64,000 nucleotides of DNA from an uncultured Bacteroidota bacterium (GTDB lineage Bacteria > Bacteroidota > Bacteroidia > Bacteroidales > GCA-2748055). Shown piece by piece: positions 17,241 through 27,560 of the stretch. The notes beneath the pieces were generated by a model. That model searched no databases. It was not told where the DNA came from and saw nothing but the letters and a program-made list of their open reading frames with translations. The position numbers and the translations under genes are program-made. The stretch is from positions 7,260 through 71,259 of the forward strand of contig CAKZNC010000152.1 of the NCBI GenBank assembly GCA_937129385.1, given 5' to 3'. Within the stretch, counting starts at the first letter, position 1. Each line of letters begins with the position of its first letter.

Positions 17241-20162
17241 ATGATAAGAATATCATCATTATTCATTATCCTGTTCATATTCCATTTTTCACTTACCGCC
17301 CAGGTATCCAGTTCATTTGAGGTCCGATATCATTCCAGGGATAAAGCATCCCGTGGGATCACCGATTTTAAAGGCGTGAATGAACTTTTCGATACAGAAC
17401 AAAGAGTCGAATTCCTTGATGTGTATGCTGATGTGGCATCCAGGTGGTTCCTGGATAGTGCACTTGACATCAAGGTGAATACACAGGCTGAGGTTCGAAA
17501 TTTCCTGGACGGACTCAGGGAAAATCCGTTGCCAGACCATCGACGACGTATGCTGCTGAAGGACTGGAAAAAGACAGGTTTTAAAAAGGGAGATGAAGTC
17601 AGTTCTTTTACTTCCGTCAACCGATGGAACACCATTGAAGGCGTACAGGTGCGTAACGGGGTTTTGCACCTCGAACGTCCGAATGTGAGGATCGAAAAAC
17701 AGATCGACAGCCTCCGCTGGAGATTTAATTTCAGCTGGAAAGCAAGAAGCACAAATGGCAATGTACCCATGAGCATTGCCTTGAAGGAAAACAACAGGAT
17801 CATCGCCGAAGCAGGGTTTCATTCCAATGGGAACATTTTCTATACCTCCAGCGGATTCGACAGGATGGGTGAATCCTATATCCCGGGGAAGTGGTACGCG
17901 TTCAGGATCGAGGCAGACCTGGTCAATGACCGCTATAACCTGTATATCGATGGAATTAAAACTGCCGACTGGGCCTCACTTCGCAGCACTTCCCTGGTGA
18001 ACGGGGTTAGTATCACCGGCGGAGCAGGTATATCGATAGACGAGCTCTCAGGAATGCAATTCGATACCACCGGCTGCCCCCCAAACCACCCCTATCTCTT
18101 TCTTCCGTTTCTTGTGGAGGACTTTGATATCTCTCCTCCCATGGAACAATGGTATCTGCCCGACTATGTTGACAATGGCTGGGAGACAGACCGACTCCCC
18201 GTTGTGCATGGCGGTGCACGCGAGGCCGGTGAAGACCTGTACCTGAGAAGGAAGCTACAGCCGGGTGCATTTGACAGAGCATGGTTGAACATTGAAACGC
18301 TTGATCCGGGCGGAGAGGTGTGGATCAATGGGAAAGTTGTTTTTGTAACACACAATAGGCATCCAATAAAGCTGGATATTTCAGAATTCCTGGTGCCTTA
18401 CCAGGAAAACACACTGGCCATCAGGGTATATGCATACCATAACGATGGACCCCTATACCATTCGCCAAAGGACCGGAATGTGGGTTGGTTCTGTGGGAGG
18501 GCATGGATCGACCTCACAGGAGCAGTCAGCATCAGTGATGTGAAAGTGTTCACTGCCAATCTCGCAAAGAACGCCACACAGCATCACAAAGTGGTCATCA
18601 GGAATGATGCTGACACCACCTTCAGTGGAAATATCCAGATCGATTACTACCCCTGGCACCCCGTCGAAGGAAGCCGGAAATCGGCGCACTTCCTCGTGCC
18701 GGTGAGGGTGTTTGCACGAGATACCATTCACCTGAACATCAGGGGGATCATGGAAGATCCGATGACCTGGACCCATGACAACCCATACCTGTACCGGGTA
18801 AATGTAAGATTGTTTAACAGCAAACAAATGGTCGATGACGAAGTGATCACAACGGGAATACGAACTGTCGGACAGCAAGGGGGAATCTTCCGGATCAATG
18901 GTCAGCCCGAACTCCTGGGCGGAGCACAGACCATGGGATTCAGGATGCCCGTTGATCACCTGGCAAAATGGAACCGATGTCCGCCTCCTGAGATCCTGGC
19001 CGATGAATTGCTCGCATGTAAAAAACTTGGAAATACCCTGCGGATCCATGTCCACGCCGGTGGCAAATATGCCCGCAGTGTGAATGATCCCAGGATGGCT
19101 GAAATGGCCGATCAACTGGGAATCATGCTCATCTGGCCCACTACATCATGGATCCGTGAAGGTGAGTGGGGCGGAATTGATTTCGAGGGATATTCCCAAT
19201 ACATGGAACAGGTCTTCAACCATCCCAGCATCGTCATGTGGGAAGGAGCCAACCACCCGAACCGATTTGACAACAAACCCCTGGAATACTCTAACCGGTT
19301 TATTTCAAAAATATACAATACCATCAGTACGATGGATTCAAGCAGGTTGATCTCCCCCACATCCTACAACAGGCATTTTGCCTACCGGAATGATGCGGGC
19401 ACCATCGACCGGAACGGAATCCCAATCGTTCCATGCGACGAATGGACCGCACCGCTGATCGTAAGGGGAAACCAGGATGCGCTGACAGGTTACGGGGCTG
19501 AATGGCACAACATCAGGAACTGGCCGGACGATTACCGCAGGTTGTTCCTTGAAAGCAATGAAAGGTGCTATTTCAATTTTGAACACGAAGAGTCCATCGG
19601 TATGCAGAATTTTGAACTCGCCAGGGGAAAACCATGGTATCAAATGCCCTCCTATGAAAACAGTTATGATGTGGGCAGCATCGGAAGGGAACTTGCGTAT
19701 GACGAATGGCGGGTGAGCCAGGCATGGCAGGGATTCAGTGCATGGGAATCGATGAAGTGGCAACGAATGAAAGATGTGGATGGTTTCAGCTGGTGCTGCC
19801 TCCACGGAGGACCCAATAGCGGAACCTACCGGAAACCACTGATCGATGCACTGGGCCATGCCAAAATTGCCTTTTATACGAATCAAATGGCACTGGAGGA
19901 TGTAGTAGCCGGAAGCGATAACCCCGATGTGATATATCATAAGAAAGATGAGCTCACACCGGTAATCATGAATGTGGGTGATGAGAAACAGGTCAGGCTG
20001 AAAATCCTCATCAGGACCCCGCAGGGTGAAGTCATCGAAACCCGTGTGTTCCGTGACATCACCCTTGAAAAAGGTCGTACCCTGAAAAAGTTACCCCCTT
20101 TCAGGCCTGATTTTCCTGAAGAGGGGTATTATGTGATCGAATATTATGTACTCAGTGCGTAA
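17241..20162 (+). CDS. GH2-like glycoside hydrolase with N-terminal LamG/concanavalin-like domain (atypical active site)
   Basis: 973 aa with a signal peptide and a LamG-like block (GKWYAFRIEADLVNDRYNLYIDG). GH2 sugar-binding signature EVWINGKVVFVTHNRHPIKLDISEFL. TIM-barrel segments GNTLRIHVHAGG and FNHPSIVMWEGANHPN. Confidence 0.72.
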   Translation: MIRISSLFIILFIFHFSLTAQVSSSFEVRYHSRDKASRGITDFKGVNELFDTEQRVEFLDVYADVASRWFLDSALDIKVNTQAEVRNFLDGLRENPLPDHRRRMLLKDWKKTGFKKGDEVSSFTSVNRWNTIEGVQVRNGVLHLERPNVRIEKQIDSLRWRFNFSWKARSTNGNVPMSIALKENNRIIAEAGFHSNGNIFYTSSGFDRMGESYIPGKWYAFRIEADLVNDRYNLYIDGIKTADWASLRSTSLVNGVSITGGAGISIDELSGMQFDTTGCPPNHPYLFLPFLVEDFDISPPMEQWYLPDYVDNGWETDRLPVVHGGAREAGEDLYLRRKLQPGAFDRAWLNIETLDPGGEVWINGKVVFVTHNRHPIKLDISEFLVPYQENTLAIRVYAYHNDGPLYHSPKDRNVGWFCGRAWIDLTGAVSISDVKVFTANLAKNATQHHKVVIRNDADTTFSGNIQIDYYPWHPVEGSRKSAHFLVPVRVFARDTIHLNIRGIMEDPMTWTHDNPYLYRVNVRLFNSKQMVDDEVITTGIRTVGQQGGIFRINGQPELLGGAQTMGFRMPVDHLAKWNRCPPPEILADELLACKKLGNTLRIHVHAGGKYARSVNDPRMAEMADQLGIMLIWPTTSWIREGEWGGIDFEGYSQYMEQVFNHPSIVMWEGANHPNRFDNKPLEYSNRFISKIYNTISTMDSSRLISPTSYNRHFAYRNDAGTIDRNGIPIVPCDEWTAPLIVRGNQDALTGYGAEWHNIRNWPDDYRRLFLESNERCYFNFEHEESIGMQNFELARGKPWYQMPSYENSYDVGSIGRELAYDEWRVSQAWQGFSAWESMKWQRMKDVDGFSWCCLHGGPNSGTYRKPLIDALGHAKIAFYTNQMALEDVVAGSDNPDVIYHKKDELTPVIMNVGDEKQVRLKILIRTPQGEVIETRVFRDITLEKGRTLKKLPPFRPDFPEEGYYVIEYYVLSA

Positions 20163-20216
20163 TCGGGAATATTGAAAATCGCAGACAAACCCCGATAACA
20201 AACTATGAAACCGGGA

Positions 20217-21737
20217 TCAGGATACAAGCACTTTACCGGTCATATCACCAGGAATGTCTATCCCCATGATATGCAGTAGCGTTGGAGCCACATCTGCAAG
20301 GATCCCTTCGCCGATTTTATCGTAATCTTCTGTAACAAGTATACATGGAACCGGGTTCAACGAATGTGCAGTGTTGGGAGATCCATCTTTGTTGACTGCA
20401 TTGTCTGCATTTCCGTGATCTGCAATGATGAGTACATCATAACCATTCTCCCGGGCAGCATTCACAACATCCCCAACGCATTCATCAACGGCCTTGATCG
20501 CCTTTTTGATGGCTTCATAAACCCCGGTATGACCGACCATGTCGCCATTGGCAAAGTTCAGGCAGATGAAATCATGCTTTCCGCTATTGAGGGCATCCAC
20601 CATTTTGTCCCTGACCTCGTACGCACTCATCTCGGGTTGCAAATCATAAGTGGCTACCTTGGGGGATGGAACCAGGATCCGCTCCTCATTCTGGTATGTC
20701 TCTTCCCTCCCGCCGGAAAAGAAGAAGGTGACATGTGCATATTTTTCTGTTTCAGCGATACGCAGCTGTGAACCACCGGCACTTGCGATCACTTCACCCA
20801 TCGTATTGGACACATTGTCTTTTTCAAAGATTACATGCATGTTTTTGAAAGTAGAATCGTAGGGGGTCATGGTACAATAATGAAGCGGAATGGTATGCAT
20901 GTCATGGTCCGGCATCTCCTCCTGGGTGAGTGCGATGGTGATCTCACGAGCTCTGTCGTTCCTGAAATTAAAGAATACCACCACATCGTTCTCAGAGATT
21001 GTACCCAGCGGTTCATTATTGTCATCGACCATTACAATGGGCTTCATAAATTCATCGGTAACATCATTGGCATAAAATTCCTCCACAGTCCGGATAATGT
21101 CCTTTGATTTATTCCCCTTGCCATGCACCAGCAGGTCATAGGCATCTTTGATCCGCTCCCACCGTTTGTCCCGATCCATGGCATAATACCTGCCGATAAA
21201 TGATGCAAGTTTACCATTGGAGTTTGCAAGGTGATCGAGCAGATTCTGGAGATACCCTTTACCACTTTTGGGATCCGTATCTCTGCCATCACCAAAACCG
21301 TGGATAAAGACATTTTCAATACCATACTCACCGGTCATGTCACACAGGGCATACAGGTGTTCGTCAAGTGAGTGAACACCTCCATCCGACAATAATCCAA
21401 GAAAATGAACCTGGCGGTTGTTCTCTTTCGCGTATGTGAACGCTTCCTGCAGCACTTCGTTTTCACGGATCGAACCGTCCTCAATAGCACGGTTGATCTT
21501 TACCAGGTCCTGGTATACGACTCTTCCTGCACCAATATTGAGGTGACCTACTTCGGAATTTCCCATCTGTCCGTCTGGCAACCCGACATTTTCTCCCGAT
21601 GCATATAAATGGCTTGAAGGATATTTATTTTCCAGTTCATCCACGTTGGGGGTGGAAACCTGGCTGATCACGTCAGATTCTGAACCATTTCCAATTCCCC
21701 AGCCGTCGAGGATCATAAGGAGTGTTTTCTTTTTCAT
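20217..21737 (-). CDS. gpmI: 2,3-bisphosphoglycerate-independent phosphoglycerate mutase
   Basis: 506 aa with [34 protein letters not shown] and ADHGNAD. Confidence 0.97.
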   Translation of the reverse strand: MKKKTLLMILDGWGIGNGSESDVISQVSTPNVDELENKYPSSHLYASGENVGLPDGQMGNSEVGHLNIGAGRVVYQDLVKINRAIEDGSIRENEVLQEAFTYAKENNRQVHFLGLLSDGGVHSLDEHLYALCDMTGEYGIENVFIHGFGDGRDTDPKSGKGYLQNLLDHLANSNGKLASFIGRYYAMDRDKRWERIKDAYDLLVHGKGNKSKDIIRTVEEFYANDVTDEFMKPIVMVDDNNEPLGTISENDVVVFFNFRNDRAREITIALTQEEMPDHDMHTIPLHYCTMTPYDSTFKNMHVIFEKDNVSNTMGEVIASAGGSQLRIAETEKYAHVTFFFSGGREETYQNEERILVPSPKVATYDLQPEMSAYEVRDKMVDALNSGKHDFICLNFANGDMVGHTGVYEAIKKAIKAVDECVGDVVNAARENGYDVLIIADHGNADNAVNKDGSPNTAHSLNPVPCILVTEDYDKIGEGILADVAPTLLHIMGIDIPGDMTGKVLVS

Positions 21738-21822
21738 AATTCTTGATTTACAATTACTTTCATATGCAAAACAGGGTGTGTCTTAAATTGTTTAATACCC
21801 GGCCCCGTTCATTTAGAGGGCA

Positions 21823-21830
21823 CAAATTTA
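21823..21830 (-). promoter_or_regulatory. Candidate -7 box for gpmI
   Basis: The reverse complement of CAAATTTA is TAAATTTG, 86 nt upstream of ATG 21737. Confidence 0.4.
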
Positions 21831-21970
21831 GGTCTTTTTACCGAACTTCGGTATCATCTCTCCATGGAAAGGAAGCCGGTCTTTGCCGGATTTTTATATT
21901 TTTACAGATATTTGTTGTCATTTGAAAGGCCGCCTGACTTGCGGACCAAAAAACATTAAACCTTCCGATC

Positions 21971-23353
21971 ATGAATAAAATCTATTTGCTCCTCCTGCCA
22001 ATCATGATACTGACCGCATGCAACAAAACAGGCGAGCCAACAGATCTCCTGGGGAACAGCTCAAGGTGGAAAGGTGATGACGTGCCGGAAATGACCGGTG
22101 GGGTTCTGGAAATCGAAGGAGAATATAAAACCCTGGTCTATAACCCGGGAATATTCAGCACTTTCGATAATTTTGAATTTTCTGCCGAGGTATTTACACT
22201 TCCTGGCGCAAATGCCTCCATCCTGTTTCATACCAACAAGAGAAACCTTGACCAGGGATACCAGGTGAACATAGATAACAGCGATGTGGGCGACTGGGAC
22301 CACCTGCTTAAAACGGGCAGCCTGAATTCCATCAGGAATATCAATTATAAGATGGTGGATGATGAGACCTGGTTTACGTTGAAGATCAAGGTCGTGGAAA
22401 ACCACATCTACATCTCTGTAAATGGCTATCCGGTAGTCGACTATATCGAACCTGAAATGCCGTTCCGGACAGCGCAAACCGAAGAGCGAAAACTGGGGAA
22501 TGGAACCTTTGCCATCCGGACCCTTTTTGGAAATACTGGGGTGAAATTCAGGAACATGACGGTGACTGAGCTTCCTGCATCGGAGAAAAAGAAGAACGAA
22601 GACCCCGAATTTGTGCGGCAGATCACGCAACTGCATATACGTCTCTTCCCGGTTGTGGATTATCATGTACATGAAAAGGGTGACCTCACCCTGCCTTTGT
22701 TGATGAAGCGATCAGCAAGTCTGGGAATCAACTACGGCGTGGCTGCCAACTGCGGGTTGAAATTCCCGATTGAAACGGATGCCCAGTTAAAAGCTTACCG
22801 GGAATCCATTGAGGGAATGCCTATTTTCAAAGCCATGCAGGCCGAAGGTCGCGAATGGGTAGATATGTTCTCGCCTGAGCTGGTTAAACAGTTTGATTAT
22901 GCCTTTACCGATGCAATGACCTGGACCAACAACAACGGTACCAGGATGCGCCTGTGGATCCCGGAAGAGACAGAGGTTGGTGAACCCTACGATTTCATGG
23001 AACAGCTGGTGTCCCAGATCGAAAAGGTGGTGACTGAGCCCATTGCCATTTATGTCAACCCGACCTACCTGCCGGCAGAAATAGCCCAGATGTATGATGA
23101 ACTCTGGACCGATGAAAGAATTGACCGGGTGGTGGCCGCACTGAAGAAAAACAATGTGGCACTGGAGATCAACAGCAGGCTCAAACTTCCGGGCAGCAGG
23201 GTGATCGCCAAAGCAAAAGAGGCAGGTGTTAAATTTGCACTGGGTACCAATAATACAAATTCAGAAAACCTGGGCAGACTGGAATGGGCATTGGAAATGG
23301 TGGAACTGCATAATCTGCAACCTTCCGACATGTATCTGCCCGGGAATAAATAA
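21971..23353 (+). CDS. DUF1080 (3-keto-disaccharide hydrolase-like) domain fused to a PHP/HisJ-like metal hydrolase domain; lipoprotein
   Basis: 460 aa with signal LLLPIMILTAC. N-terminal concanavalin-like DUF1080 block (WFTLKIKVVENHIYISVNG, VKFRNMTVTEL). C-terminal VVDYHVHEKGD, ALEINSRL and ALGTNN resemble a PHP-type phosphoesterase. Confidence 0.7.
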   Translation: MNKIYLLLLPIMILTACNKTGEPTDLLGNSSRWKGDDVPEMTGGVLEIEGEYKTLVYNPGIFSTFDNFEFSAEVFTLPGANASILFHTNKRNLDQGYQVNIDNSDVGDWDHLLKTGSLNSIRNINYKMVDDETWFTLKIKVVENHIYISVNGYPVVDYIEPEMPFRTAQTEERKLGNGTFAIRTLFGNTGVKFRNMTVTELPASEKKKNEDPEFVRQITQLHIRLFPVVDYHVHEKGDLTLPLLMKRSASLGINYGVAANCGLKFPIETDAQLKAYRESIEGMPIFKAMQAEGREWVDMFSPELVKQFDYAFTDAMTWTNNNGTRMRLWIPEETEVGEPYDFMEQLVSQIEKVVTEPIAIYVNPTYLPAEIAQMYDELWTDERIDRVVAALKKNNVALEINSRLKLPGSRVIAKAKEAGVKFALGTNNTNSENLGRLEWALEMVELHNLQPSDMYLPGNK

Positions 23354-23362
23354 TCCCTGGCC

Positions 23363-24139
23363 CTAATCCAACAGTAAAATTTCCACCTTTCTGAAATCAA
23401 TGGGGTGTGACTCCGATTGCAGGGAGATGTATCCCTCTTCAAGAGGGAATCCGTCGGGCAAAGGAAAGTCCTCAGGAACATCACTTCCGTCAATCACAGG
23501 TTTTGTATAAGTGAGAACCGTATCTCCATCCACCAGGTGATGGATTATGCTATCTCCATAAACAATGAATTCTGCCATGACCCAGCTTTCATCCCGGATC
23601 GTCTTCGAGGATGAATTGTTGCAGTGTTGCGATATAAGGTCTCCATTGATGTGAACATGCGTACCTGGTGTACATAAATTCATGGTGGGACGTATCCCTG
23701 AAGTGTCTCCACCCAGGAACTGCCCTTCAAGTGAAACAGGGAATGACTGATCCTTCCCTATGCTTACTGCAGACTGGGAATGAAACATCACCCCGCTGTT
23801 CTTAAAAGCCCAGCCCTGTCCGCCGTTAGCCTGCTCTCCGACAAACCTGTATTCGACCCTGAGCCGGTAACGCGAAAACTTTTCATTATAGTAAATATGA
23901 CCAAATTGATTGGTAAACTGGTCATATGCGTCGTACCTGACTTTCAGCAATCCATCCTCAACCCTGAAAGTATTAGCATAATTATCATTCAACTCATAAC
24001 CTGCGATCTTGATGTCCCAGCCCGCCAGATCCTGTCCGTTAAATAACTGCATCCACTGTCCGGTTTCGGAGTCATTTCTTGTGCCTGTATTACAGGCTGT
24101 CAGAAATACAATAAGGAAGATTACGGAAAAACTTTTCAT
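23363..24139 (-). CDS. DUF1080 domain-containing protein (3-keto-disaccharide hydrolase-like), lipoprotein
   Basis: 258 aa with signal VIFLIVFLTAC. Contains WMQLFNGQDLAGWDIK, FRVEDGLLKV and GYISLQSESHPIDFRKVEILLL, typical of DUF1080. Confidence 0.8.
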   Translation of the reverse strand: MKSFSVIFLIVFLTACNTGTRNDSETGQWMQLFNGQDLAGWDIKIAGYELNDNYANTFRVEDGLLKVRYDAYDQFTNQFGHIYYNEKFSRYRLRVEYRFVGEQANGGQGWAFKNSGVMFHSQSAVSIGKDQSFPVSLEGQFLGGDTSGIRPTMNLCTPGTHVHINGDLISQHCNNSSSKTIRDESWVMAEFIVYGDSIIHHLVDGDTVLTYTKPVIDGSDVPEDFPLPDGFPLEEGYISLQSESHPIDFRKVEILLLD

Positions 24140-24157
24140 GCTTAAAAATATTTAAGA

Positions 24158-24165
24158 TAAATTTG
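24158..24165 (+). promoter_or_regulatory. Candidate -7 box for the small membrane protein gene
   Basis: TAAATTTG is a perfect TAnnTTTG match, 97 nt upstream of ATG 24262. Confidence 0.4.
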
Positions 24166-24261
24166 ATCTTCCCAATGTTAGTGAGAAATTTGCTGGGAAC
24201 CAATAGCAGTAAATGCTTTCTGAAAACGTTAAATCCCTGTACCAACTAAAAAATAACCACT

Positions 24262-24597
24262 ATGAAACCAATGAAATCGTTTGTTCCCGTTGCACAATGG
24301 TTGATGAGAATCGCTGTGGCTCTGATTCTGTTTAACCTCTATTTTCACTGGATAGATGACCTGAATTTTACTTCAGTGGAATGGCTCGTCTCTGTACTAC
24401 TTGTCATATTTTCTGCGCTGCTTATCATCGGGGGATTTTTAAAGAAGAATAGCACCACCGTCGTCTCTGGATTGGTGATCAGTATATTATCACTGATCAT
24501 GATCCTCATTGGCGGTCTGCATATTGATTCAATATCCACACACATTGCCCAACTATCCATTGGCCTCTATTTTATGGCCAGGGGCAACAGGGGGTGA
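24262..24597 (+). CDS. Hypothetical membrane protein (4 predicted TM segments)
   Basis: 111-aa, strongly hydrophobic ORF with an ATG start. No family recognised. Confidence 0.55.
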   Translation: MKPMKSFVPVAQWLMRIAVALILFNLYFHWIDDLNFTSVEWLVSVLLVIFSALLIIGGFLKKNSTTVVSGLVISILSLIMILIGGLHIDSISTHIAQLSIGLYFMARGNRG

Positions 24598-24662
24598 CAG
24601 GGTCTTCATTACAATAATTATAATATCTTCATAAGTGCATATTCACCTTATAACCCAACAAA

Positions 24663-27479
24663 ATGAAAATATCCACCAAATTGTTCCCGGCGATCCTTCT
24701 GTCACTGGGGTTTGTATTTTTGTCCGGTTGCAGTAATACCGGTGAAAATCTCTCTCTTGAGTACGAAAAATACTCCCTCGAAAATGGCCTTGATGTGATC
24801 CTTCACAAGGATACATCTGATCCCATTGTGGCTGTTGCCATCCAGTACCATGTAGGTTCAAACAGGGAAAAGCCAGGAAAAACAGGGTTTGCCCACCTTT
24901 TTGAGCACATGATGTTCCAGGAGTCCGAAAATATCGGGCAGGATCAGTTCTTCAGCAAAATTCAGAAAGCAGGAGGAACCCTGAACGGAGGCACAAATAC
25001 AGATGGCACTGTATACTACGAAGTGGTCCCGAAAAACGCAGCAGAGATGGTACTGTGGATGGAGGCCGACCGCATGGGATATCTCATTAATACAGTAACT
25101 AAATCTGCTTTTGCCAACCAGCAGGATGTGGTTTTGAACGAGAAAAGGCAACGGGTGGACAACAACCCTTATGGACACAACAATTATGTGATCCACAAGA
25201 ATCTTTTCCCGGAAGAACATCCATATAACTGGCAGGTTATTGGGGAAATGGAAGACCTGTTTAATGCCACCGTTGAGGATGTACGGAAATTTCACGAGTC
25301 ATTTTACGTACCCAACAATGCAACGCTGGTTATCGCCGGAGATTTCGAATCAGCTGAGATGAAATCGTTGGTTGAAAAGTACTTTGGGGAGATCCCTTCA
25401 GGGACCCAGGTGGAAGATTTGGACCCGATGCCGGTTCAGCTTTCCGAATCAAAACGACTCTGCCATGAAGACAATTTCGCAAAGACCCCCCTGCTAACCA
25501 TGGTATGGCCAACGGTAGAAAATTATAACCCCGATGCCTATGCCCTGGATTTTCTCAGTCAGATCCTGGGCAGTGGGAAGAAAGCCCCATTCTATAAAGT
25601 ACTCGTGAAAGAAAAGCAGCTTACCTCAAGGGCGAGGGTATACAACTACGCCATGGAACTGGCTGGCAGGTTTACAGTCTCCATTCCAGCCAACGCCGGG
25701 ACCAGCCTGGATGAGGTCGAACAGGCCGTATATGAGGCATTCGAAAGATTTGAAGAGGAAGGGATCACAGAAACAGACATGCAAAAGATCAAGGCAGGAC
25801 TTGAAACTGATTTTTACAACGGGATCAGCTCAGTGCTCAGCAAGTCTTTCCAGCTTGCACGGTACAATGAATATGCAGGAGACCCCGGCTTTATTCTGAA
25901 AGATATCGAGCAGATCAAAGCAGTGACCATTGAAGACGTAAACCGGGTGTACAACAAATATATCAAGGACAAACCCTTCGTTCTCACCAGTTTTGTTCCC
26001 AAAGGGCATGCAGACCTCAATGCCTCCGGTTGTAGGAAAGCCCATATTGTCGAAGAAAGTGCAGACAAAGTCTTTAAGGTAGCTGAAGTGATGGAGGAAG
26101 AGGAAGAGATCAAAAAAACTCCGTCTGCCTTTGATCGCTCCGTCGAACCTGAAAAGGGTCCGGATCCTGTATTGTCGGTCCCGGAAGTATGGAAAGCCTC
26201 TCTTCCAAAAGATATCAAGGTACTCGGCATAGAACACCACGAAATTCCACTGGTCCAGTACACGCTCGAGATAAACGGTGGACACCTCCTCGACCCTGAA
26301 GAAAAATCAGGAGTAGCTGATCTGCTTGCCACAATGCTGATGGAGGGAACTGCCAACAAGACCCCGGCAGAGCTTGAGGAGGCTATTGATCTGCTGGGTG
26401 CCAGCATATGGGTAAATGCCGGACTGGAATCCATTACGATCAATGTGAATTCGCTTGCCAGGAACATGGACGAGACCGTTGCCCTGGTCAGGGAGATGCT
26501 GCTGGAGCCACGCTGGGATGAAGAGGAATTCGGAATTGCAAAGATGAAGGTGATCAACAACCTGAAAAGAAATGCGGCCAGCCCTAACTATCTTGCATAC
26601 AGGGCATTTAATAACCTGCTGCTTGGTGAGGGATCCCTCCTTGCAACACCTGCTTCGGGTACTGTTGAAAGCGTGGAAAAGATAGATCTTGCCGACCTGA
26701 AAGCATATTATGAGGAAAATTTTTCTCCTTCTGTTGCCACATTGATGATCGTTGGAGATGTTGACAGCGAGCAGACCAAAGCAGCATTTTCCGGACTTGC
26801 TGAAGCCTGGCCGGAAAAAGAGGTTTCCATTCCCGACTTCAATATTGATACAGACAATCCCGATTCGAAAATCTACTTTGTAGACTTTCCGGGAGCCAAA
26901 CAGTCGGTGATCCAGATAGGTTGCAGGTACAAACCTGAAGATCATTTTGAACACTACGCAGCAACTGTGGCCAACTATAAACTGGGGGGTGGCTTCAATG
27001 GCCGACTGAATATGATCCTGCGCGAGGAAAAAGGATTTACCTATGGAGCACGATCGGGCTTTTCAATGAATAATGAATATGGCACTTTCAATGCAAATTC
27101 AAGTGTCAGGTCAGATGCCACGCTTGAATCTGTGCAGATCTTCCATGACGCCATAGATGACTACAGGAAAGGAATCCCGGAAGAAGACCTCCAGTTCACA
27201 AAAGATGCGCTCCTGAAATCCCAGGCGAGAAATTATGAAACTCTTTGGGCACTCCAGGGAATGTTGAGAGAAATAAACAGCTATAACCTGCCCGAAGATT
27301 ACGTTGAAAGAGAACAGGAAATCCTGACCACAATGACCCTGGAAGACCATAAAGCTCTTTGCAGGAAATACATGGATCCGGAGAAGATGTATTATGTAGT
27401 TGTGGGTGATGCCGCAACACAATTGAAACCCCTGGAGAGAATGGGGTATGGAACTCCGGAATTGATCACGGTGAACTAA
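24663..27479 (+). CDS. M16 (pitrilysin/insulinase) family zinc peptidase, tandem double unit, lipoprotein
   Basis: 938 aa with signal LSLGFVFLSGC and the inverted zinc motif HLFEHMMFQ (HxxEH). A second M16-like half follows residue ~500. Confidence 0.92.
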   Translation: MKISTKLFPAILLSLGFVFLSGCSNTGENLSLEYEKYSLENGLDVILHKDTSDPIVAVAIQYHVGSNREKPGKTGFAHLFEHMMFQESENIGQDQFFSKIQKAGGTLNGGTNTDGTVYYEVVPKNAAEMVLWMEADRMGYLINTVTKSAFANQQDVVLNEKRQRVDNNPYGHNNYVIHKNLFPEEHPYNWQVIGEMEDLFNATVEDVRKFHESFYVPNNATLVIAGDFESAEMKSLVEKYFGEIPSGTQVEDLDPMPVQLSESKRLCHEDNFAKTPLLTMVWPTVENYNPDAYALDFLSQILGSGKKAPFYKVLVKEKQLTSRARVYNYAMELAGRFTVSIPANAGTSLDEVEQAVYEAFERFEEEGITETDMQKIKAGLETDFYNGISSVLSKSFQLARYNEYAGDPGFILKDIEQIKAVTIEDVNRVYNKYIKDKPFVLTSFVPKGHADLNASGCRKAHIVEESADKVFKVAEVMEEEEEIKKTPSAFDRSVEPEKGPDPVLSVPEVWKASLPKDIKVLGIEHHEIPLVQYTLEINGGHLLDPEEKSGVADLLATMLMEGTANKTPAELEEAIDLLGASIWVNAGLESITINVNSLARNMDETVALVREMLLEPRWDEEEFGIAKMKVINNLKRNAASPNYLAYRAFNNLLLGEGSLLATPASGTVESVEKIDLADLKAYYEENFSPSVATLMIVGDVDSEQTKAAFSGLAEAWPEKEVSIPDFNIDTDNPDSKIYFVDFPGAKQSVIQIGCRYKPEDHFEHYAATVANYKLGGGFNGRLNMILREEKGFTYGARSGFSMNNEYGTFNANSSVRSDATLESVQIFHDAIDDYRKGIPEEDLQFTKDALLKSQARNYETLWALQGMLREINSYNLPEDYVEREQEILTTMTLEDHKALCRKYMDPEKMYYVVVGDAATQLKPLERMGYGTPELITVN

Positions 27480-27496
27480 TCTGTTCAAATCAAAAT

Positions 27497-27550
27497 CAGC
27501 CCGGAATACCAGGCGCTATGCTTGAAGTGTTCCGGGCTGTATTATTTGTG
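27497..27550. terminator. Hairpin terminator between convergent M16 and CotH genes
   Basis: 10-bp stem CAGCCCGGAA (27497-27506) / TTCCGGGCTG (27530-27539), followed by TATTATTTGTG. The reverse strand also has a T-rich flank. Confidence 0.6.
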
Positions 27551-27560
27551 CATTGTCTCC

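Noticed and set aside
17492-17499. GGTTCGAA, a tRNA T-loop-like word
   Set aside because: It lies inside the GH2-like coding frame with no flanking acceptor or anticodon stems. I found no tRNA-like cloverleaf anywhere in the intergenic regions.
18453-19940. Minus-strand ORFs of 220 and 200 aa inside the GH2-like gene
   Set aside because: They are antisense shadows. The plus-strand frame carries the GH2 signatures.
25814-26954. Minus-strand ORFs of 248, 151 and 215 aa inside the M16 peptidase gene
   Set aside because: They are antisense shadows with low complexity and no motifs. The plus-strand gene has the HxxEH zinc motif.
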